Shown: positions 1 through 8,615 of the stretch, piece by piece | Layout: every line of letters begins with the position of its first letter | Numbering within the stretch: position 1 is the first letter of the stretch | Source of the DNA: Nanobdellati archaeon | GTDB taxonomy: Archaea; Nanobdellota; Nanobdellia; Woesearchaeales; GCA-2686295 | NCBI GenBank assembly: GCA_014384375.1 | Contig: JACNFY010000020.1 | Span: forward strand, 1 to 63,221 | Direction: 5' to 3' | Length of the DNA stretch: 63,221 nt | The notes under the pieces: model-generated | What the model was told of the DNA's origin: nothing | Database searches by the model: none | What the model saw: only the letters and a program-made list of their open reading frames with translations | Translations under genes and position numbers: made by a program

Positions 1-65
1 CCACCCTCCTAAACCTTTAATTAACAAAGTCATTTATTTATTTTGCGACAAACTCCTCTCAACCG

Positions 66-91
66 AAAACTATTTAATAATAGTTTTATTT
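66..91 (+). terminator. Hairpin plus T-rich tail; candidate terminator of a gene upstream of the window
   Basis: Inverted repeat AAAACTATT / AATAGTTTT (66-74 / 79-87) with a 4-nt loop, running into TTTTATTT. Confidence 0.3.
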
Positions 92-122
92 CAAATAATA
101 CAAATTTTAGGGGGAATAAACC

Positions 123-662
123 ATGGCTGAGGAAGACAGCATATTAGACAATATAGAAATTCATAAGAATTTTGCAATAATCTCAGTAAATCCCAAGCTT
201 TATCCTTTAAGTGTGATTTACTCTGCAGCTTACTGGCTTCTTGATAGAGTTCATGTGATTATCGATGGAGATCCTGATACAGAGATTCTTATAGAGATTC
301 GACCAAAGGATAAAGAGTCAAAAGTTGATTTAAAAGAGATTGGCTTCGAGTTCAATGATGAGCTGATAAATTATTCTGTGTATACTGTGCAGGCAACAAG
401 AAACAAGAAGTTGAGGGAGATGATTGTAGAGAATGCCCTTGCTGGAAACCTTAGGACCGGACCTCCAAATCCATCACGGTTTGAACAAAGAACTCAAATA
501 CAAACAGATGAAGAATGTCCAACTTGTTCTCCTGAAGAACAAGCAAACCGGTCTCCACGAAAAACAAAGTTTCAAACAATCGATGATCCGAAGAATATAG
601 CAGGTGTTATAAAACCCAGAAAGAGCTCTGAAGAGTTCAGGAAAGATATCAAAGAAGTTTAG
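123..662 (+). CDS. HxsD-like small protein with a roughly 75-aa compositionally distinct C-terminal tail
   Basis: ATG preceded by GGGGGA. The N-terminal ~100 aa (KLYPLSVIYSAAYWLLDR ... IGFEFNDELINYSVY ... KLREMIVENAL) resembles the HxsD family of the His-Xaa-Ser system and is paralogous to the next ORF. The tail is Pro/Arg/Gln/Glu-rich with a CPTC motif and is locally GC-richer. Confidence 0.45.
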   Translation: MAEEDSILDNIEIHKNFAIISVNPKLYPLSVIYSAAYWLLDRVHVIIDGDPDTEILIEIRPKDKESKVDLKEIGFEFNDELINYSVYTVQATRNKKLREMIVENALAGNLRTGPPNPSRFEQRTQIQTDEECPTCSPEEQANRSPRKTKFQTIDDPKNIAGVIKPRKSSEEFRKDIKEV

Positions 663-675
663 TTATTGAATAAAA

Positions 676-909
676 ATGCTCTCTGTAAAGATAGAAAATA
701 ACAAATGCATAATCAACTTCAACAAGAGGCTCTATCCAAAATCAATAATAGAACAAGGAATAATAGACTTCAAAGAAGATGAAAAAATTATTTTAACAGA
801 GAGAGGAAAAGTCATTATAACCTCTAATAAGAAGACAAATATTAATGAAGTAGGATATGAATTCTGCGATTATCTTCTTAGTCTAATTCAAGAAAGAAAC
901 AATTTTTAA
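676..909 (+). CDS. HxsD-like small protein (77 aa)
   Basis: KRLYPKSIIEQGIIDF ... VGYEFCDYLLSLIQE parallels the previous ORF. Sits directly upstream of a paired rSAM gene set. Confidence 0.45.
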   Translation: MLSVKIENNKCIINFNKRLYPKSIIEQGIIDFKEDEKIILTERGKVIITSNKKTNINEVGYEFCDYLLSLIQERNNF

Positions 910-910
910 A

Positions 911-2428
911 ATGCCATTCAGTTTATTTGAACAACAACCACAAATAAGAAGAGAAACAGATAAGAATTATGTTATAAATTTTTATCATACAAAAAAGTTT
1001 GATAATGATCACATACTGATAACTGTAGATCATGGAAGTTGGATTGTTCTAAATAAAGAAGAATTTGATTTGTTGAGATTCAACAGACTAAACGAAAGTC
1101 CATATCTTAAGAGTATACTGGAAGAAAAGGGGATAATCCTAACTCAAAAAAGCAAGAATTTTATTCTCACAGCAACAAAGAACAAATATCACCATACTTG
1201 GAGGGGAACAACTCTTCATATCTTAGTTCCGACATTGAGATGTAATCAAAAATGTATATACTGTCATGCAAAGTCTAAAAATCCAAGTTCAAAAAAATAT
1301 GACATGACAAAAGAAACAGCAAGGAAAGTTGTTGATTTTATATTTCAAAGTCCTAGCCAAGTAATCACAATAGAATATCAAGGAGGTGAATCTTTTCTTA
1401 ACTTCGAGATTGTAAAGTACATACAACAATACGCTTTAGAAGTAAATAAAAAACGTAATAAGAATATAAGATTTGTCATCGTTACTAACTTTACTTCTAT
1501 GACTAAAGAAAAAAAGAGATACATAATTGACAACAACATAGATATCTGCACATCAGTGGATGGACCAAAAGAATTGCATAATTACAACAGGCCTATGTAT
1601 GGTGGCGGAAACAGTTATGATAAAGTTGTAGAGGTAATAGAAGAATTTCAGAAAGAAGGAAAAGGTATGGGTGCATTACCAACTATCACAAAGAAATCAT
1701 TGGAATACCCGGAAGAAATAGTTGATGAGTATATATTAAGGGGCTTTAACAGTATTATGTCAAGAAACCTTAGCCATATGGGCTCTGCAAAAGAATTGTG
1801 GGATAAACTAGGATACACTGCAGAAGAATATATAGATTTCTTCAAAAAACAAATTGATTATATTATAAAAATAAATAAAAAAGGAGTTAAATTTATGGAT
1901 GTAAAATCAAGATTTATTCTTCAAAGAATACTGTCAATAGAACCAAGGATTTTTACTTGCTTTGGCTCACCATGTGGAGCGATATTTGGGCAAATAGCAT
2001 ATGATCAAGATGGAAATATTTTTACTTGCGATGAAGCAAGATCTGATGAAAAATTCATAATGGGAAATGTTCACACTCACACATATAAAGATTTAATAAA
2101 GAATTCTGGAAGTAAAATTGTAGATCATACATCCTGTCTTTCACTAAACTGTGACAACTGCGTCTGGCACCCTTATTGTGGTACTTGCATGGTTTGGGCG
2201 CATGGATCCCAAGGAAACGCTGTTTCAAAGCTTGCAATGGATTATGAATGCAAAATAAGAAGTGCTCAAACAGAATACTTATTCAAAAAGTTAATATTTG
2301 ACAAAGAAGCAAGAAAAATACTTATGAACTGGGCTTTTCCAAAGAAATATCCACCTCCATATAAAGAAAAAAAATTATTAACAAAACAAGAAAGAGAAGC
2401 ATTCATAAAAAGTTTGAAAGAAGAATAA
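911..2428 (+). CDS. Radical SAM/SPASM maturase-like enzyme (HxsB-like) with an N-terminal ~100-aa recognition-type domain
   Basis: CNQKCIYC (CxxxCxxC) about 110 aa in. C-terminal Cys motifs CGAIFG...FTCDE and CDNCVWHPYCGTC are typical of SPASM. Start lies 2 nt after the previous stop. Confidence 0.75.
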   Translation: MPFSLFEQQPQIRRETDKNYVINFYHTKKFDNDHILITVDHGSWIVLNKEEFDLLRFNRLNESPYLKSILEEKGIILTQKSKNFILTATKNKYHHTWRGTTLHILVPTLRCNQKCIYCHAKSKNPSSKKYDMTKETARKVVDFIFQSPSQVITIEYQGGESFLNFEIVKYIQQYALEVNKKRNKNIRFVIVTNFTSMTKEKKRYIIDNNIDICTSVDGPKELHNYNRPMYGGGNSYDKVVEVIEEFQKEGKGMGALPTITKKSLEYPEEIVDEYILRGFNSIMSRNLSHMGSAKELWDKLGYTAEEYIDFFKKQIDYIIKINKKGVKFMDVKSRFILQRILSIEPRIFTCFGSPCGAIFGQIAYDQDGNIFTCDEARSDEKFIMGNVHTHTYKDLIKNSGSKIVDHTSCLSLNCDNCVWHPYCGTCMVWAHGSQGNAVSKLAMDYECKIRSAQTEYLFKKLIFDKEARKILMNWAFPKKYPPPYKEKKLLTKQEREAFIKSLKEE

Positions 2429-2430
2429 AA

Positions 2431-3465
2431 ATGGTAGATACAGTTGATATAAAAACAGGTTACTCATGTAACAATGACTGTTATCATTGTGTCATCGCTG
2501 ACAAAAGAAGAGAGTTAATTAAAAACGGAAGAAAAGTGGACAGATCAACAGAAGAGGTAATACACCATATAAACGAAGCAACCATGGAAGGTGCTGAATC
2601 AATAGTTCTAACAGGCGGGGAAATAACTATCAGAGGGGATTTTTTTCAATTAGTGGAGTACGCGCTATCAAAAGGTTTAACTGTCATAATACAAACAAAT
2701 GGAAAGATGTTTTACTATGAAGAATTCGCTAAAAGAATAGCATCTTACGATAAAGTCCATTTAACAGTAGCTCTTCATTCACCCAAACCAGAAGTACATG
2801 ACCGGATAACTGGAAGTAAGAATAGTTTTAAACAAACCACTGAAGGAATAAGAAATTTGAAAAAACATGGCATTGGAAACAGAGTCGGGGGTAAGATAGT
2901 AATGTCAAAAATGAACTATAAAGATTTACCAGAACTAATTAAACTTGCTCACAATCTTGGCTTAATGTCAGTTAATATTGCGTTTCCTCATGCGATGGGA
3001 AATGCCCAACTGAATTTCTATGACTGTGTTCCAAAATACTCAGAAATAAAGAATTACATACTAAAAACTATTAGAAAGAGTCTAGAATTAAAAATGTACA
3101 TAGATTTTGAGGCAATGCCACTGTGCTTTCTACCTGGTTATGAGACGTTTGCTTCAGAGTTCAGACTCTCAGAGCACACTGAGTTAAGGGACTTAACACA
3201 TATAGATCCAAACTATACCAAAACTAGGAAAACAAAGGCCAAAGTCAAAGACCCAAAATGTACAAGGTGTAAACTCTATCTCCTTTGCGAAGGATGCTGG
3301 GATGACTATGCAGAAGGGTATGACACAACAGAATTAACGCCCATCCCAGGACAATATATAAGAGACCCAAGAATGCTGGAAAGTTTTAAGATACATCCAG
3401 TACCTATATATAAAAAGAATATCAATACAGTGACTTCTGAAAAAACACCCTTCCAACTGAAATAA
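2431..3465 (+). CDS. Radical SAM enzyme, paired partner of the preceding gene (HxsC position)
   Basis: CNNDCYHC near the N-terminus, GGE motif (LTGGEITIR), C-terminal CTRCKLYLLCEGC. Tightly spaced after the previous gene. Confidence 0.7.
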   Translation: MVDTVDIKTGYSCNNDCYHCVIADKRRELIKNGRKVDRSTEEVIHHINEATMEGAESIVLTGGEITIRGDFFQLVEYALSKGLTVIIQTNGKMFYYEEFAKRIASYDKVHLTVALHSPKPEVHDRITGSKNSFKQTTEGIRNLKKHGIGNRVGGKIVMSKMNYKDLPELIKLAHNLGLMSVNIAFPHAMGNAQLNFYDCVPKYSEIKNYILKTIRKSLELKMYIDFEAMPLCFLPGYETFASEFRLSEHTELRDLTHIDPNYTKTRKTKAKVKDPKCTRCKLYLLCEGCWDDYAEGYDTTELTPIPGQYIRDPRMLESFKIHPVPIYKKNINTVTSEKTPFQLK

Positions 3466-3496
3466 TCAATTACAAGATCGGCTCTATTCATTAGTC

Positions 3497-4360
3497 CTAA
3501 TCAACAACAATCTCATTAAAATTACAAACATCACAAAGCTTCAATTCATTATATTCTCCTTGAAAATGAGCTTTAACGTACTCAAGTCTTTTTTTTCCAT
3601 TCCAAACTCCAGAAATTGTGTTCTCTTTGACATTTCCTAAAATAACTTCATTTTTCCAATCAGCACAGCACAGAATAACATCCCCATTGACAAGGATGTA
3701 AATCTGGTTCATGAGCCTGCCACAGGGAATCTTCTGAACATTACTGGGACTAATCATATCATAATCAGCAACGTTTCCAGCTCTGTTCTCATATTTGAGA
3801 ATATGAACTGAAACACCCAAGCGATTCCAGTAATTCCTTATTCTGTTTAAAGAAATATCAGATAAACCTATTTTTAGCATGTGAATAGCTATTTCAGGTT
3901 TTTTTCTTTCTCCTCTTAACTTAATAAAATTTGTTATTCTCTCTTTTGTTTTTTCAAAATCAAGATTCTTCATAGCGTTCTCATATTCTTCTTTGGTTGA
4001 ACCATTGAAACTAAATATAATTTCATCAATTTCTGAATCAAGCAATTCCTTCGCTACCTTCTTTGTCAATAAAGAACCATTTGTAAATATTTTAACTAAA
4101 GAATTCGAATTCTTTTCTTTTGCATAGTTAATGTACTTAACTAAATCTTTGTTTAGAAATGGTTCATTGAGAAAGAAAGGCAATATTTGCTCAACATCTT
4201 GCTTTGAACATTCATCAGTTATCCTCTTATAGAGTACCCATTCCATAATCTGAAACTTTTTTTTACCTTCTGTATAAGGATAAGGACAGAAAGTACAAGC
4301 AGCATTGCACTTGTTGCTAGTTTGAATCTGGACAATTAAAGGAAACTTGTTTTGAAACAT
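3497..4360 (-). CDS. Small radical SAM enzyme with a twitch/SPASM-like C-terminal Cys motif
   Basis: CNAACTFCPY. Later IPCGRL ... VILCCADW ... LCDVCNF. Confidence 0.7.
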   Translation of the reverse strand: MFQNKFPLIVQIQTSNKCNAACTFCPYPYTEGKKKFQIMEWVLYKRITDECSKQDVEQILPFFLNEPFLNKDLVKYINYAKEKNSNSLVKIFTNGSLLTKKVAKELLDSEIDEIIFSFNGSTKEEYENAMKNLDFEKTKERITNFIKLRGERKKPEIAIHMLKIGLSDISLNRIRNYWNRLGVSVHILKYENRAGNVADYDMISPSNVQKIPCGRLMNQIYILVNGDVILCCADWKNEVILGNVKENTISGVWNGKKRLEYVKAHFQGEYNELKLCDVCNFNEIVVD

Positions 4361-4434
4361 TTAAAACTCAAAAAAATAAAACTAAGTAACAAATAAATAG
4401 GTTTTGGTTTATGTGCTAGTTCTGTTCAGTAAAT

Positions 4435-4442
4435 TTTATATA
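4435..4442 (+). promoter_or_regulatory. TATA box (TTTATATA) for the 4473 gene
   Basis: Consensus-like archaeal TATA centred about 35 nt upstream of the ATG, in a divergent intergenic region. Confidence 0.4.
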
Positions 4443-4472
4443 GAGAAATAAATTCTTGTTCTTAGAGAAAAA

Positions 4473-4919
4473 ATGAAAAAAACAAAAAGAACTATCCATT
4501 TTTACATAAAAGATGGAAACCTAGAAGGAGAACATGCTTTACTTAAACATATCCCTTTAGAAGAAAAAGAACTCACTACTCCTAACCAAGAAACAACTCC
4601 AGAAACTGTTGATACAAACAATATATGGCCTTTAGAACCAAACATTCTGATTGAAAATGCTCAATATGACCAAAACAACAGCCAATTAATTGTAAGTCTA
4701 ACAAATCTTTCAGTTGAACCAATAAAAATCATACAAAGAGGTGTAAAGTACTCTCCCAGCGAAACAGAAAGCATAAATTTTGAAAACGTAGATATTACCC
4801 TTCCTCCTGGAGAGAACACAATTTCTATTTCTGCACCAGCAGGTAATCCTTTTAAATTTGTCATCAGAACAAGCAACAAAACTGGTTCAGGTCAAACCAG
4901 AGATGAGATAAATTGGTAA
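4473..4919 (+). CDS. Hypothetical soluble 148-aa protein embedded in the rSAM cluster
   Basis: ORF with its own TATA box and no TM segment. C-terminal half looks like a beta-sandwich (alternating pattern LIVSLTNLSVEPIKII ... TISISAPAGNPFKFVIR). No family recognised. Confidence 0.5.
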   Translation: MKKTKRTIHFYIKDGNLEGEHALLKHIPLEEKELTTPNQETTPETVDTNNIWPLEPNILIENAQYDQNNSQLIVSLTNLSVEPIKIIQRGVKYSPSETESINFENVDITLPPGENTISISAPAGNPFKFVIRTSNKTGSGQTRDEINW

Positions 4920-4985
4920 TTATTACAAAAATTTATAAAATATTTGAGTTTATATTCTAATAAGGGGATAAACTAATTTTTCAAA

Positions 4986-6677
4986 ATGCTATACTTGCCT
5001 AAACCACACTCTTGTCATCTGCAATGGCATGTAACTGAGAAGTGTAATTTCCAATGCACACACTGCTATCTGAATGAGGATTACATAAAACAAGAACTAA
5101 GCACTGAAGAATGCTACAAAGTTGTTGATAATTTTGTTGACTTCTGTAAAAAAACTGATATAAAACAGAACAGAAATCTCACCCTAACAGGTGGTGAACC
5201 AATTCTGAAAAAGGATTGGTGGAAGATTCTTGAATACATAAGCGATTACAAGAAAAGAGGACTGATTGACCGCTTTTATATCATGACTAACGGCTCAACA
5301 GTGACTGATAGCATTATAAAAAAATATGTAGAGCTAGGCGTCAACTACATGCAGATAAGCATTGAAGGTATGGAGAAAATAAACGACGAAATAAGAGGAA
5401 AAGGTAACTTCCAGAAAGCGATAAATGGTGCAAAAATAATCATTCAGAATGGCATTCCACTTTCATTCTCACTTACATTGACAAAGAAGAATACCAATGA
5501 CGTAGAATCATTAGCAAGATTAGCTGCAAGTATTGGGGTAGGCGGACTCGGCGTTGGTAGAATAGTGCCTATTGGGATGGGTGCTCAGATGAAGGAATTA
5601 ATGCTAACACCTAAAGAAACAAGAGAATGGTACTTAGAATGTGAGAGAATAAATGAAAGACTGAGAAAGGATGGACTTAACTTCAGAGTTGACTATCATT
5701 GCTCTGATGGAATGTATCAATCAATAAGACCTGACGCTAATAATCCCCAAACAAACCATGCATGTTCTACACCTTTCGATGTCTTCACATTACTGCCTAA
5801 TGGCGATGTTGTTCCTTGCAGACGACTGCCTATTGTAGTTGGAAACTTTCGAGAAAAAAGTTTCTTAGAGATACATTACTCCAGCAACAAGATTTGGAAC
5901 CTAAAGAACTGGGAGAACAGAGCAGAAGAATGCAAGACTTGCAACAGCTTGAGAGATTGCAAAGGAGGTGGTATGTGTATTGCTTACGGCTACTTTGGAA
6001 CTCCTTATGCACCTGATCCTGACTGCTGGAAAGCTTTTGGAGAGCATCTTTCAACTAAGAAGTACTCTAACCCTAATTCTAACAAAGTAACATACTTCAA
6101 AAGATATATCAATAACCTAAGGTTTGATTTAGAACCCGTCTCAAAAGAACAAATTAATAGAAAAATTAGAAGAGTGAAAATTGACAAGCTTGACAAAGTA
6201 AAAGATAACGAAGTTGACATTCTAATTTTTTATTTTGAAGAGCAAGATTTGAATACTGAAACAGGAGCAAAAATATTATCTTTTCTCAAAGACTTAAAAA
6301 AAAGAGGAGTCAAGTTTGAAATTGGTCATACTTTACCACCTTGTGTATCTGATACACAAACATTGAAAGACTTCAGATTAAAAACTCCCACTAATTGTTA
6401 TGATTGTCCTAGCTTATTTCACTTAGAGAGCAACAAAAGAATAGTCTTCTGCAATGATAGGAAAGGTCCTGACTTAAAGTTCATGAACAACAGAGATCAA
6501 ATATGGGAGTATAAAGAGTTGCTGAAAGATTATGACGAACCTAATTTTTTCAAGCAATGCAAAACGTGCGTCTATAGAATAAGAGGGACTTGCTATTACC
6601 TAAAAAACTGCAGGTTAAAACATAGAAAACTAAAGGAAGAAATAAAAACTGTCAAAGCAACAATGTGTAGTTGCTAA
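4986..6677 (+). CDS. Radical SAM/SPASM enzyme with an extra ~175-aa Cys-containing C-terminal module
   Basis: CNFQCTHC, GGEP, SPASM-like CSTPFD...VVPCRR...CKTCNSLRDCKGGGMC. The C-terminal module is shared with the next gene. Confidence 0.75.
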   Translation: MLYLPKPHSCHLQWHVTEKCNFQCTHCYLNEDYIKQELSTEECYKVVDNFVDFCKKTDIKQNRNLTLTGGEPILKKDWWKILEYISDYKKRGLIDRFYIMTNGSTVTDSIIKKYVELGVNYMQISIEGMEKINDEIRGKGNFQKAINGAKIIIQNGIPLSFSLTLTKKNTNDVESLARLAASIGVGGLGVGRIVPIGMGAQMKELMLTPKETREWYLECERINERLRKDGLNFRVDYHCSDGMYQSIRPDANNPQTNHACSTPFDVFTLLPNGDVVPCRRLPIVVGNFREKSFLEIHYSSNKIWNLKNWENRAEECKTCNSLRDCKGGGMCIAYGYFGTPYAPDPDCWKAFGEHLSTKKYSNPNSNKVTYFKRYINNLRFDLEPVSKEQINRKIRRVKIDKLDKVKDNEVDILIFYFEEQDLNTETGAKILSFLKDLKKRGVKFEIGHTLPPCVSDTQTLKDFRLKTPTNCYDCPSLFHLESNKRIVFCNDRKGPDLKFMNNRDQIWEYKELLKDYDEPNFFKQCKTCVYRIRGTCYYLKNCRLKHRKLKEEIKTVKATMCSC

Positions 6678-6694
6678 AGAAATACTTTATAAAA

Positions 6695-8599
6695 ATGAAA
6701 GTATTAATCAACTTATGTCCACCATATCAAATCGGTACAATCCCATCATTAGGATTAGGATATCTAAAAGCAATATTAAAACAAAGAAATCATGAAATCT
6801 TAATAAATGACATTAACTCTTCAGTATTCTTAAATAATAAAGAACTATTTGAAAAATTACTCCAAGAATGCAAACAATATTTGTCTAGAAATAAATTTCT
6901 TATTTATACTTATAACTTGAAAAAATTATTAACTCTATTATATCATGAATTCTTTCCAAGAGAAAAAAATAACCTTATTAAAGACATAAATTCGGAAGCA
7001 GATTTACAAGTCAAAAAAATTCTCACAAAAAAACCTGATATTATCTGCTTTTCAGTTTTTCTTACAAACATATATTTCTCAAGCATTTTAGCTAAAAAAT
7101 TGAGAAAAAATTCTGAAGTAAATATAATATTCGGAGGACCACTTTGTACAGAGGAAAATGCAAATATATTCCTTAAATTAGGTATTTGTGATTATGTTAT
7201 AAGAGGAGAAGGGGAAATAAGTTTTCAGAAACTGATTGAAACTATAGAAAAAAATCAGACTACAGATAATCTTTCTAGTGTATCATACATTCAAAACAAT
7301 AAAATAGTTCACTCTCATGATTCAAAGCTTATTAACAAACTAGATGAACTACCCATGCCTGAATTCGGAGATAAAGAATATGAGATAATTCCTATAACTT
7401 CAAGTAGAGGATGCATTAAAAATTGTTCTTTTTGTGCAGAAACAAATCAATGGCAATATTATAGGAGAAGAAAAGCGGATGATGTTGTTGAAGAGATGAA
7501 AAAAAGAATAAAAGAGAACAAAACAAAAAATTTCTTCTTCTGTGACAGCTTACTCAATTCTTCTAATAATTGGCTTGAAGAATTTTGCGAAAAGATAATC
7601 TCACTAAAAGTTGAATGGTCTGGATTCCTTAGATGTGAAAAATTAGATAAGAAACTAATACAAAAAATGAAGGAATCAGGTTGTAAAGAGGTAGCATTTG
7701 GTATTGAAAATTTCAATCAAGAAATATTAGATAGTATTAAAAAAGAAACAAAAACAAGAGATATGATAAAAATACTTAAAGAGATGTATAAACAAAAAAT
7801 TAATTTTATCATCAACTTAATAATTGGTTATCCTGGCGAGACTCAGAAATTATTTTTTAGGAATTTAGAATATCTTATCAAAATATTTAATGATATAAAG
7901 GGTTTTTTCTATATAAACTCTGAATTCTTTAAAATATACCCAGGAAGCAATATTATGAATAACTCTAAAGAATATGGTATATTCTTAAACAGCAATAAAG
8001 AAAAACTTCCTGAAGAATTAAGTTTCTTGCAAGAAGACTATAACAACTTCTTCACAAAATGGATTAATAAGGGAAAACCAAACCCTGAAGAATTCTATGA
8101 GCGAGTAAAATTCATGGAACTATTATCCTTAGGAACCAATAGAAGAACTTACTCCAAAAAGAAGTTTATAATCATAGATAACAAAAACATTGTAGACTTG
8201 TCAAAAATAGTCAATAAATTAGAGAAAAATAAAAAGTACTTATTTGAATTTAAAATTGAAGGTAACTTATTAAATGAGAATACTGGAGAAAAAATAATTG
8301 AATTCTTTGATAAGGCAAGATATAAAGGTATTGATTATGATATAAATAAAACTCTTCCCTCCTGTATTTTTAACAAAAAAAACATTAACTTTCAAAAAAG
8401 TTGCACAGACTGCAAGGAAGTATTTATTAAGAACAAACAAGAAATTTCTTTATGCTCTAGAAAAATGAAACAAATTCTTAAAATTAACAATGTTCCTAAA
8501 AGCAAACATTTTAATGAAAACAGTTTTATTCACAAATGCAAAAACTGTTATAATTGTGTTTATAGAACTAAAGGAGAATGTAATTACATATATTGTTAA
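6695..8599 (+). CDS. B12-binding-domain (class B) radical SAM enzyme with the same extra C-terminal module
   Basis: N-terminal Rossmann-like B12-binding pattern (LGLGYLKAILKQRNHEILINDIN ... IIFGGPLCT), then CIKNCSFC. I prefer the ATG at 6695 over the in-frame TTG at 6671 used by the ORF track. Confidence 0.75.
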   Translation: MKVLINLCPPYQIGTIPSLGLGYLKAILKQRNHEILINDINSSVFLNNKELFEKLLQECKQYLSRNKFLIYTYNLKKLLTLLYHEFFPREKNNLIKDINSEADLQVKKILTKKPDIICFSVFLTNIYFSSILAKKLRKNSEVNIIFGGPLCTEENANIFLKLGICDYVIRGEGEISFQKLIETIEKNQTTDNLSSVSYIQNNKIVHSHDSKLINKLDELPMPEFGDKEYEIIPITSSRGCIKNCSFCAETNQWQYYRRRKADDVVEEMKKRIKENKTKNFFFCDSLLNSSNNWLEEFCEKIISLKVEWSGFLRCEKLDKKLIQKMKESGCKEVAFGIENFNQEILDSIKKETKTRDMIKILKEMYKQKINFIINLIIGYPGETQKLFFRNLEYLIKIFNDIKGFFYINSEFFKIYPGSNIMNNSKEYGIFLNSNKEKLPEELSFLQEDYNNFFTKWINKGKPNPEEFYERVKFMELLSLGTNRRTYSKKKFIIIDNKNIVDLSKIVNKLEKNKKYLFEFKIEGNLLNENTGEKIIEFFDKARYKGIDYDINKTLPSCIFNKKNINFQKSCTDCKEVFIKNKQEISLCSRKMKQILKINNVPKSKHFNENSFIHKCKNCYNCVYRTKGECNYIYC

Positions 8600-8615
8600 A
8601 TAAAGGTGAAAAATT

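Noticed and set aside
5816-6220. Short overlapping ORFs (66-74 aa) on both strands
   Set aside because: They are nested inside the 4986-6677 rSAM/SPASM gene, whose motif content supports the annotated frame.
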